Assembly (NCBI GenBank): GCA_964016885.1
Contig: OZ024744.1
Coordinates: forward strand, 23,374,001 to 23,438,000
Length of the DNA stretch: 64,000 nt
Source of the DNA: Eledone cirrhosa
Taxonomy: Eukaryota
Reading direction: 5' to 3'
In this document: positions 43,201 to 56,000 of the stretch, one piece after another
How the letters are laid out: every line of letters begins with the position of its first letter
Position numbering within the stretch: position 1 is the first letter of the stretch
Translations under genes and position numbers: made by a program
The notes under the pieces: model-generated
What the model was told of the DNA's origin: nothing
Database searches by the model: none
What the model saw: the letters and a program-made list of their open reading frames with translations, nothing else

Positions 43201-44027
43201 ACAACAGTTGAATCTTAAGAACTGACTCATTCTAACAACAGCTGAATCTTTAGATAAAACTCGTTTTAACAACAGTTGAATCTTAAGAACTGACTCGTTT
43301 TATCAACAGTTCAACCTTAAGAACTGACTCGTTTTAACAACAGTTGAATCCTCAAATAAAACTCGTTTTAACAACAGTTGAATCTTAAGAACTGACTCGT
43401 TTTAACAACAGTTGAATCTTAAGATAAAACTCGTTTTAACAACAGTTGAATCTTAAGAACTGACTCATTTTAACAACAGTTGAATCTTAAGAACTGATTC
43501 GTTTTAACAACAGTTGAATCTTCAGATAAAACTCGTTTTAACTACAGTTGAATCTTAAGAACTGACTAGTTTTAACAACAGTTGAATCTTAAGATAAAAC
43601 TCGTTTTAACAACAGTTGAATCTTAAGAACTGGCTCATTTTAACAACAGTTGAATCTTAAGAACTTATTCGTTTTAACAACAGTTGAATCTTAACATAAA
43701 ACTCGTTTTAATAACAGTTGAATCTTAAGAACTGACTCGTTTTAACAACAGCTGAATCTTAAGATAAAACTCGTTTTACAACAGTTGAATCTTAAGAACT
43801 GACTCGCTTTATCAACAGTTCAACCTTAAGAACTGACTCATCTTAACAACAGTTGAATCTTCAAATAAAACTCGTTTTAACAACAGTTGAATCTTAAGAA
43901 CTGATTCGTTTTAACAACAGCTGAATCTTAAGATAAAACTCGTTTTAACAACAGTTGAATCTTAAGATAAAATTCGTTTTAAAAACAGTTGAATCTTAAG
44001 AACTGACTCGTTTTAACAACAGCTGAA

Positions 44028-47000
44028 TCTTAAGATAAAACTCGTTTTAACAACAGTTGAATCTTAAGAACTGACTCGTTTTATCAACAGTTCAACCTTA
44101 AGCACTGACTCGTTTTAACAACAGTTGCATCTTCAAATAAAACTCGTTTTAACAACAGTTGATTCTTCAGAACTGACTCGTTTTAACAACAGTTGAATCT
44201 TAAGATAAAACTCGTTTTAACAACAGTTGAATCTTAAGAACTTACTCATTTTAACAACAGCTGAATCTCTAGATAAAACTCGTTTTAACAACAGTTGAAT
44301 ATTAAGAACTGACTCGTTTTATCAACAGTTCAACCTTAAGAACTGACTCGTTTTAACAACAGTTGAATCCTCAAATAAAACTCGTTTTAACAACAGTTGA
44401 ATCTTAAGAACTGACTCATTTTAACAACAGTTGAATCTTAAGATAAAACTCGTTTTAACAACAGTTGAATCTTAAGAACTGACTCGTTTTAACAACGGCT
44501 GAATTTTAAGATAAACTCGTTTTAACAACAGTTGAATCTTTAGAACTGACTCGTTTTAACAACAGCTAAATCTTAAGATAAAACTCGTTTTAACAACAGT
44601 TGAATCTTAAGGTAAAATTCGTTTTAACAACAGTTGAATCTTAAGAACTGACTCGATTTAACAACAGCTGAATCCTCAAATAAAACTCGTTTTAACAACA
44701 GTTGAATCTTAAGAACTGACTCGTTTTAACAACAGTTGAATCTTAAGATAAAACTCGTTTTAACAACAGTTGAATTTTAAGAACTGACTCATTTTAACAA
44801 CAGTTGAATCTTAAGAACTGATTCGTTTTAACAACAGTTGAATCTTCAGATAAAACTCGTTTTAACTACAGTTGAATCTTAAGAACTGACTAGTTTTAAC
44901 AACAGTTGAATCTTAAGATAAAACTCGTTTTTACAACAGATGAATCTTAAGAACTGACTCGTTTTAACAACAGTTGAATCTTAAGAACTGATTCGTTTTA
45001 ACAACAGTTGAATCTTAAGATAAAACTCGTTTTAACAACAGTTGAATCTTAAGAACTGATTCGTTTTAACAACAGCTGAATCTTAAGATAAAACTCGTTT
45101 TACAACAGTTGAATCTTAAGAACTGACTCGTTTTATCAACAGTTCAACCTTAAGAACTGACTCATCTTAACAACAGTTGAATCTTCAAATAAAACTCGTT
45201 TTAACAACAGTTGAATCTTAAGAACTGATTCGTTTTAACAACAGCTGAATCTTAAGATAAAACTCGTTTTAACAACAGTTGAATCTTAAGAACTGACTCG
45301 TTTTAACAACAGCTAAATCTTAAGATAAAACTCGTTTTAACAACAGTTGAATCTTAAGAACTGACTCGTTTTAACAACAGTTGAATCTTAAGATAAAACT
45401 CGTTTTAACAACAGTTGAATTTTAAGAACTGACTCATTTTAACAACAGTTGAATCTTAAGAACTGATTCGTTTTAACAACAGTTGAATCTTAAGATAAAA
45501 TTCGTTTTAACAACAGTTGAATCTTAAGAACTGATTCGTTTTAACAACAGCTGAATCTTAAGATAAATCTCGTTTTAACAACAGTTGATTCTTAAGGTAA
45601 AATTCGTTTTAACAACAGTTGAATCTTAAGAACTGACTCGTTTTAACAACAGTTGAATCTTAAGATAAAACTCGTTTTAACAACAGTTGAATCTTAAGAA
45701 CAGACTCATTTTAACAACAGTTGAATTTTAAGATAAAACTCGTTTTAACAACAGTTGAATCTTAAGAACTGACTCGTTTTATCAACAGTTCAACCTTAAG
45801 CACTGACTCGTTTTAACAACAGTTGAATCTTCAAATAAAACTCGTTTTAACAACAGTTGATTCTTCAGAACTGACTCGTTTTAACAACAGTTGAATCTTA
45901 AGATAAAACTCGTTTTAACAACAGTTGAATCTTAAGAACTGACTCATTTTAACAACAGCTGAATCTTTAGATAAAACTCGTTTTAACAACAGTTGAATCT
46001 TAAGAACTGACTCGTTTTATCAACAGTTCAACCTTAAGAACTGACTCGTTTTAACAACAGTTGAATCCTCAAATAAAACTCGTTTTAACAACAGTTGAAT
46101 CTTAAGAACTGACTCATTTTAACAACAGTTGAATCTTAAGATAAAACTCGTTTTAACAAGAGTTGAATCTTAAGAACTGACTCGTTTTAACAACGGCTGA
46201 ATTTTAAGATAAACTCGTTTTAACAACAGTTGAATCTTAAGAACTGACTCGTTTTAACAACAGCTAAATCTTAAGATAAAACTCGTTTTAACAACAGTTG
46301 AATCTTAAGAACTGACTCGTTTTATCAACAGTTCAACCTTAAGAACTGACTCATCTTAACAACAGTTGAATCTTCAAATAAAATTCGTTTTAACAACAGT
46401 TGAATCTTAAGAACTGACTCGTTTTAACAACAGTTGAATCTTAAGATACAACACGTTTTAACAACAGTTGAATCTTAAGAACTGACTCGTTTTATCAACA
46501 GTTCAACCTTAAGCACTGACTCGTTTTAACAACAGTTGAATCTTCAAATAAAACTCGTTTTAACAACAGTTGATTCTTCAGAACTGACTCGTTTTAACAA
46601 CAGTTGAATCTTAAGATAAAACTCGTTTTAACAACAGTTGAATCTTAAGAACTGACTCATTTTAACAACAGTTGAATCTTAAGAACTGATTCGTTTTAAC
46701 AACAGTTGAATCTTCAGATAAAACTCGTTTTAACTACAGTTGAATCTTAAGAACTGACTAGTTTTAACAACAGTTGAATCTTAAGATAAAACTCGTTTTA
46801 ACAACAGTTGAATCTTAAGAACTGGCTCATTTTAACAACAGTTGAATCTTAAGAACTGATTCGTTTTAACAACAGTTGAATCTTAAGATAAAACTCGTTT
46901 TAACAACAGTTGAATCTTAAGAACTGACTCGTTTTAACAACAGCTGAATCTTAAGATAAAACTCGTTTTACAACAGTTGAATATTAAGAACTGACTCGTT

Positions 47001-50000
47001 TTATCAACAGTTCAACCTTAAGAACTGACTCGTTTTAACAACAGTTGAATCCTCAAATAAAACTCGTTTTAACAACAGTTGAATCTTAAGAACTGACTCA
47101 TTTTAACAACAGTTGAATCTTAAGATAAAACTCGTTTTAACAACAGTTGAATCTTAAGAACTGACTCGTTTTAACAACGGCTGAATTTTAAGATAAACTC
47201 GTTTTAACAACAGTTGAATCTTAAGAACTGACTCGTTTTAACAACAGCTAAATCTTAAGATAAAACTCGTTTTAACAACAGTTGAATCTTAAGAACTGAC
47301 TCGTTTTAACAACAGTTGAATCTTAAGATAAAACTCGTTTTAACAACAGTTGAATTTTAAGAACTGACTCATTTTAACAACAGTTGAATCTTAAGAACTG
47401 ATTCGTTTTAACAACAGTTGAATCTTCAGATAAAACTCGTTTTAACTACAGTTGAATCTTAAGAACTGACTAGTTTTAACAACAGTTGAATCTTAAGATA
47501 AAACTCGTTTTTACAACAGTTGAATCTTAAGAACTGACTCGTTTTAACAACAGTTGAATCTTAAGAACTGATTCGTTTTAACAACAGCTGAATCTTAAGA
47601 TAAAACTCGTTTTACAACAGTTGAATCTTAAGAACTGACTCGTTTTATCAACAGTTCAACCTTAAGAACTGACTCATCTTAACAACAGTTGAATCTTCAA
47701 ATAAAACTCGTTTTAACAACAGTTGAATCTTAAGAACTGATTCGTTTTAACAACAGCTGAATCTTAAGATAAAACTCGTTTTAACAACAGTTGAATCTGA
47801 AGCATTGACTCGTTTTAACAACGGCTGAATTTTAAGATAAACTCGTTTTAACAACAGTTGAATCTTAAGAACTGACTCGTTTTAACAACAGCTAAATCTT
47901 AAGATAAAACTCGTTTTAACAACAGTTGAATCTTAAGAACTGACTCGTTTTATCAACAGTTCAACCTTAAGAACTGACTCATCTTAACAACAGTTGAATC
48001 TTCAAATAAAATTCGTTTTAACAACAGTTGAATCTTAATAACTGATTCGTTTTAACAACAGCTGAATCTTAAGATAAAACTCGTTTTAACAACAGTTGAA
48101 TCTTAAGGTAAAATTCGTTTTAACAACATTTGAATCTTAAGAACTGACTCGTTTTAACAACAGTTGAATCTTAAGATAAAACTCGTTTTAACAACAGTTG
48201 AATCTTAAGAACTGACTCATTTTAACAACAGTTGAATCTTAAGATAAAACTCGTTTTAACAACAGTTGAATCTTAAGAACTGACTCGTTTTATCAACAGT
48301 TCAACCTTAAGCACTTACTCGTTTTAACAACAGTTGAATCTTCAAATAAAACTCGTTTTAACAACAGTTGATTCTTCAGAACTGACTCGTTTTAACAACA
48401 GTTGAATCTTAAGATAAAACCCGTTTTAACAACAGTTGAATCTTAAGAACTGACTCATTTTAACAACAGCTGAATCTTTAGATAAAACTCGTTTTAACAA
48501 CAGATGAATCTTAAGAACTGACTCGTTTTATCAACAGTTCAACATTAAGAACTGACTCGTTTTAACAACAGTTGAATCCTCAAATAAAACTCGTTTTAAC
48601 AACAGTTGAATCTTAAGAACTGACTCATTTTAACAACAGTTGAATCTTAAGATAAAACTCGTTTTAACAAGAGTTGAATCTTAAGAACTGACTCGTTTTA
48701 ACAACGGCTGAATTTTAAGATAAACTCGTTTTAACAACAGTTGAATCTTAAGAACTGACTCGTTTTAACAACAGCTAAATCTTAAGATAAAACTCGTTTT
48801 AACAACAGTTGAATCTTAAGAACTGACTCGTTTTATCAACAGTTCAACCTTAAGAACTGACTCATCTTAACAACAGTTGAATCTTAAGATAAAACTCGTT
48901 TTAACAAGAGTTGAATCTTAAGAACTGACTCGTTTTAACAACGGCTGAATTTTAAGATAAACTCGTTTTAACAACTGTTGAATCTTAAGAACTGACTCAT
49001 ATTAACAACAGCTGAATCTTTAGATAAATCTCGTTTTAACAACAGTTGAATCTTAAGAACTGACTCGTTTTAACAACAGTTGAATCCTCAAATAAAACTC
49101 GTTTTAACAACAGTTGAATCATAAGAACTGACTCGTTTTAACAACAGTTGAATCTTAAGATAAAACTCGTTTTAACAACAGTTGAATCTTAAGAACTGAC
49201 TCATTTTAACAACAGTTGAATCTTAAGAACTGATTCGTTTTAACAACAGTTGAATCTTCAGATAAAACTCGTTTTAACTACAGTTGAATCTTAAGAACTG
49301 ACTAGTTTTAACAACAGCTAAATCTTAAGATAAAACTCGTTTTAACAACAGTTGAATCTTAAGAACTGGCTCATTTTAACAACAGTTGAATCTTAAGAAC
49401 TGATTCGTTTTAACAACAGTTGAATCTTAAGATAAAACTCGTTTTAACAACAGTTGAATCTTAAGAACTGACTCGTTTTAACAAGAGCTGAATCTTAAGA
49501 TAAAACTCGTTTTACAACAGTTGAATCTTAAGAACTGACTCGTTTTATCAACAGTTCAACCTTAAGAAGTGACTCATCTTAACAACAGTTGAATCTTCAA
49601 ATAAAACTCGTTTTAACAACAGTTGAATCTTTAGAACTGATTCCTTTTAACAACAGCTGAATCTTAAGATAAAACTCGTTTTAACAACAGTTGAATCTTA
49701 AGATAAAATTCGTTTTAACAACAGTTGAATCTTAAGAACTGATTCGTTTTAACAACAGCTGAATCTTAAGATAAAACTCGTTTTAACAACAGTTGAATCT
49801 TAAGGTAAAATTCGTTTTAACAACAGTTGAATCTTAAGATAAAACTCGTTTTAACAACAGTTGAATCTTAAGATAAAACTCGTTTTAACAACAGTTGAAT
49901 CTTAAGAACTGACTCATTTTAACAACAGTTGAATCTTAAGATAAAACTCGTTTTAACAACAGTTGAATCTTAAGAACTGACTCGTTTTATCAACAGTTCA

Positions 50001-53000
50001 ACCTTAAGCACTGACTCGATTTAACAACAGTTGAATCTTCAAATAAAACTCGTTTTAACAACAGTTGATTCTTCAGAACTGACTCGTTTTAACAACAGTT
50101 GAATCTTAAGATAAAACTCGTTTTAACAACAGTTGAATCTTAAGAACTGACTCATTTTAACAACAGCTGAATCTTTAGATAAAACTCGTTTTAACAACAG
50201 TTGAATCTTAAGAACTGACTCGTTTTATCAACAGTTCAACCTTAAGAACTGACTCGTTTTAACAACAGTTGAATCCTCAAATAAAACTCGTTTTAACAAC
50301 AGTTGAATCTTAAGAACTGACTCATTTTAACAACAGTTGAATCTTAAGATAAAACTCGTTTTAACAAGAGTTGAATCTTAAGAACTGACTCGTTTTAACA
50401 ACGGCTGAATTTTAAGATAAACTCGTTTTAACAACAGTTGAATCTTAAGAACTGACTCGTTTTAACAACAGCTAAATCTTAAGATAAAACTCGTTTTAAC
50501 AACAGTTGAATCTTAAGAACTGACTCGTTTTATCAACAGTTCAACCTTAAGAACTGACTCATCTTAACAACAGTTGAATCTTCAAATAAAATTTGTTTTA
50601 ACAACAGTTGAATCTTAAGAACTGACTCGTTTTAACAACAGTTGAATCTTAAGATAAAACTCGTTTTAACAACAGTTGAATCTTAAGAACTGACTCATTT
50701 TAACAACAGCTGAATCTTAAGATAAAACTCGTTTTAACAACAGTTGAATCTTAAGATAAAATTCGTTTTAACAACTGTTGAATCTTAAGAACTGACTCGT
50801 TTTAACAACAGCTGAATCTTAAGATAAAACTCGTTTTAACAACAGTTGAATCTTAAGAACTGACTCGTTTTATCAACAGTTCAACCTTAAGCACTGACTC
50901 GTTTTAACAACAGTTGAATCTTCAAATAAAACTCGTTTTAACAACAGTTGATTCTTCAGAACTGACTCGTTTTAACAACAGTTGAATCTTAAGATAAAAC
51001 TCGTTTTAACAACAGTTGAATCTTAAGAACTGACTCATATTAACAACAGCTGAATCTTTAGATAAATCTCGTTTTAACAACAGTTGAATCTTAAGAACTG
51101 ACTCGTTTTAGCAACAGTTGAATCCTCAAATAAAACTCGTTTTAACAACAGTTGAATCATAAGAACTGACTCGTTTTAACAACAGTTGAATCTTAAGATA
51201 AAACTCGTTTTAACAACAGTTGAATCTTAAGAACTGATTCATTTTAACAACAGTTGAATCTTAAGAACTGATTCGTTTTAACAACAGTTGAATCTTCAGA
51301 TAAAACTCGTTTTAACTACAGTTGAATCTTAAGAACTGACTAGTTTTAACAACAGTTGAATCTTAAGATAAAACTCGTTTTAACAACAGTTGAATCTTAA
51401 GAACTGGCTCATTTTAACAATAGTTGAATCTTAAGAACTGATTCGTTTTAACAACAGTTGAATCTTAAGATAAAACTCGTTTTAACAACAGTTGAATCTT
51501 TAGAACTGATTCCTTTTAACAACAGCTGAATCTTAAGATAAAACTCGTTTTAACAACAGTTGAATCTTAAGATAAAATTCGTTTTAACAACAGTTGAATC
51601 TTAAGAACTGATTCATTTTAACAACAGTTGAATCTTAAGAACTGATTCGTTTTAACAACAGTTGAATCTTCAGATAAAACTCGTTTTAACTACAGTTGAA
51701 TCTTAAGAACTGACTCGTTTTAACAAGAGCTGAATCTTAAGATAAAACTCGTTTTACAACAGTTGAATCTTAAGAACTGACTCGTTTTATCAACAGTTCA
51801 ACCTTAAGAAGTGACTCATCTTAACAACAGTTGAATCTTCAAATAAAACTCGTTTTATCAACAGTTGAATCTTTAGAACTGATTCCTTTTAACAACAGCT
51901 GAATCTTAAGATAAAACTCGTTTTAACAACAGTTGAATCTTAAGATAAAATTCGTTTTAACAACAGTTGAATCTTAAGAACTGACTCGTTTTAACAACAG
52001 CTGAATCTTAAGATAAAACTCGTTTTAACAACAGCTGAATCTTAAGAACTGACTCGTTTTATCAACAGTTCAACCTTAAACACTGACTCGTTTTAACAAC
52101 AGTTGAATCTTCAAATAAAACTCGTTTTAACAACAGTTGAATCTTCAAATAAAACTCGTTTTAACAACAGTTGATTCTTCAGAACTGACTCGTTTTAACA
52201 ACAGGTGAATCTTAAGATAAAACTCGTTTTAACAACAGTTGAATCTTAAGAACTGACTCATTTTAACAACAGCTGAATCTCTAGATAAAACTCGTTTTAA
52301 CAACAGTTGAATCTTAAGAACTGACTCGTTTTATCAACAGTTCAACCTTAAGAACTGACTCTTTTTAACAACAGTTGAATCCTCAAATAAAACTCGTTTT
52401 AACAACAGTTGAATCTTAAGAACTGACTCATTTTAACAACAGTTGAATCTTAAGATAAAACTTGTTTTAACAACAGTTGAATCTTAAGAACTGACTCGTT
52501 TTAACAACGGCTGAATTTTAAGATAAACTCGTTTTAACAACAGTTGAATCTTAAGAACTGACTCGTTTTAACAACAGCTAAATCTTAAGATAAAACTCGT
52601 TTTAACAACAGTTGAATCTTAAGAACTGACTCGTTTTATCAGCAGTTCAACCTTAAGAACTGACTCATGTTAACAACAGTTGAATCTTCAAATAAAATTC
52701 GTTTTAACAACAGTTGAATCTTAAGATAAAAGTCGTTTTAACAACAGTTGAATCTTAAGGTAAAATTCGTTTTAACAACAGTTGAATCTTAAGAACTGAC
52801 TCGTTTTAACAACAGCTGAATCTTAAGATAAAACTCGTTTTAACAACAGTTGAATCTTAAGAACTGACTCGTTTTATCAACAGTTCAACCTTAAGCACTG
52901 ACTCGTTTTAACAACAGTTGAATCTTCAAATAAAACTCGTTTTAACAACAGTTGAATCTTAAGAACTGACTCGTTTTAACAACAGCTATATCTTAAGATA

Positions 53001-56000
53001 AAACTCGTTTTAACAACAGTTGAATCTTAAGAACTGACTCGTTTTATCAACAGTTCAACCTTAAGAACTGACTCATCTTAACAACAGTTGAATCTTCAAA
53101 TAAAATTCGTTTTAACAACAGTTGAATCTTAAGAACTGACTCGTTTTAACAACAGTTGAATCTTAAGAACTGACTCATTTTAACAACAGCTGAATCTTAA
53201 GATAAAACTCGTTTTAACAACAGTTGAATCTTAAGATAACATTCGTTTTAACAACAGTTGAATCTTAAGAACTGATTCGTTTTAACAACAGCTGAATCTT
53301 AAGATAAAACTCGTTTTAACAACAGTTGAATCTTAAGAACTGACTCGTTTTATCAACAGTTCAAGCTTAAGCACTGACTCGTTTTAACAACAGTTGAATC
53401 TTCAAATAAAACTCGTTTTAACAACAGTTGATTCTTCAGAACTGACTCGTTTTAACAAGAGTTGAATCTTAAGATAAAACTCGTTTTAACAACAGTTGAA
53501 TCTTAAGAACTCACTCATTTTAACAACAGCTGAATCTCTAGATAAAACTCGTTTTAACAACAGTTGAATCTTAAGAACTGACTCGTTTTATCAACAGTTG
53601 AATCTTAAGAACTGACTCGTTTTATCAACAGTTCAACCTTAAGAACTGACTCGTTTTAACAACAGTTGAATCCTCAAATAAAACTCGTTTTAACAACAGT
53701 TGAATCTTAAGAACTGACTCATTTTAACAACAGTTGAATCTTAAGATAAAACTCGTTTTAACAACAGTTGAATCTTCAGAACTGACTCGTTTTAACAACG
53801 GCTGAATTTTAAGATAAACTCGTTTTAACAACAGTTGAATCTTAAGAACTGACTCGTTTTATTAGCAGTTCAACCTTAAGAACTGACTCATCTTAACAAC
53901 AGTTGAATCTTCAAATAAAATTCGTTTTAACAACAGTTGAATCTTAAGAACTGATTCGTTTTAACAACAGCTGAATCTTAAGATAAAACTCGTTTTAACA
54001 ACAGTTGAATCTTAAGGTAAAATTCGTTTTAACAACAGTTGAATCTTAAGAACTGACTCGTTTTAACAACAGCTGAATCTTAAGATAAAACTCGTTTTAA
54101 CAACAGTTGAATCTTAAGAACTGACTCGTTTTATCAACAGTTCAACCTTAAGCACTGACTCGTTTTAACAACAGTTGAATCTTAAGAACTGACTCGTTTT
54201 AACAACGGCTGAATTTTAAGATAAACTCGTTTTAACAACAGTTGAATCTTAAGAACTGACTCGTTTTAACAACAGCTAAATCTTAAGATAAAACTCGTTT
54301 TAACAACAGTTGAATCTTAAGAACTAACTCGTTTTATCAACAGTTCAACCTTAAGAACTGACTCATCTTAACAACAGTTGAATCTTCAAATAAAATTTGT
54401 TTTAACAACAGTTGAATCTTAAGAACTGACTCGTTTTAACAACAGTTGAATCTTAAGATAAAACTCGTTTTAACAACAGTTGAATCTTAAGAACTGACTC
54501 ATTTTAACAACAGCTGAATCTTAAGATAAAACTCGTTTTAACAACAGTTGAATCTTAAGATAAAATTCGTTTTAACAACTGTTAAATCTTAAGAACTGAC
54601 TCGTTTTAACAACAGCTGAATCTTAAGATAAAACTCGTTTTAACAACAGTTGAATCTTAAGAACTGACTCGTTTTATCAACAGTTCAACCTTAAGCACTG
54701 ACTCGTTTTAACAACAGTTGAATCTTCAAATAAAACTCGTTTTAACAACAGTTGATTCTTCAGAACTGACTCGTTTTAACAACAGTTGAATCTTAAGATA
54801 AAACTCGTTTTAACAACAGTTGAATCTTAAGAACTGACTCATATTAACAACAGCTGAATCTTTAGATAAATCTCGTTTTAACAACAGTTGAATCTTAAGA
54901 ACTGACTCGTTTTAACAACAGTTGAATCCTCAAATAAAACTCGTTTTAACAACAGTTGAATCATAAGAACTGACTCGTTTTAACAACAGTTGAATCTTAA
55001 GATAAAACTCGTTTTAACAACAGTTGAATCTTAAGAACTGACTCATTTTAACAACAGTTGAATCTTAAGAACTGATTCGTTTTAACAACAGTTGAATCTT
55101 CAGATAAAACTCGTTTTAACTACAGTTGAATCTTAAGAACTGACTAGTTTTAACAACAGTTGAATCTTAAGATAAAACTCGTTTTAACAACAGTTGAATC
55201 TTAAGAACTGGCTCATTTTAACAATAGTTGAATCTTAAGAACTGATTCGTTTTAACAACAGTTGAATCTTAAGATAAAACTCGTTTTAACAACAGTTGAA
55301 TCTTAAGAACTGACTCGTTTTAACAAGAGCTGAATCTTAAGATAAAACTCGTTTTACAACAGTTGAATCTTAAGAACTGACTCGTTTTATCAACAGTTCA
55401 ACCTTAAGAAGTGACTCATCTTAACAACAGTTGAATCTTCAAATAAAACTCGTTTTATCAACAGTTGAATCTTTAGAACTGATTCCTTTTAACAACAGCT
55501 GAATCTTAAGATAAAACTCGTTTTAACAACAGTTGAATCTTAAGATAAAATTCGTTTTAACAACAGTTGAATCTTAAGAACTGACTCGTTTTAACAACAG
55601 CTGAATCTTAAGATAAAACTCGTTTTAACAACAGCTGAATCTTAAGAACTGACTCGTTTTATCAACAGTTCAACCTTAAGCACTGACTCGTTTTAACAAC
55701 AGTTGAATCTTCAAATAAAACTCGTTTTAACAACAGTTGATTCTTCAGAACTGACTCGTTTTAACAACAGGTGAATCTTAAGATAAAACTCGTTTTAACA
55801 ACAGTTGAATCTTAAGAACTGACTCATTTTAACAACAGCTGAATCTCTAGATAAAACTCGTTTTAACAACAGTTGAATCTTAAGAACTGACTCGTTTTAT
55901 CAACAGTTCAACCTTAAGAACTGACTCTTTTTAACAACAGTTGAATCCTCAAATAAAACTCGTTTTAACAACAGTTGAATCTTAAGAACTGACTCATTTT

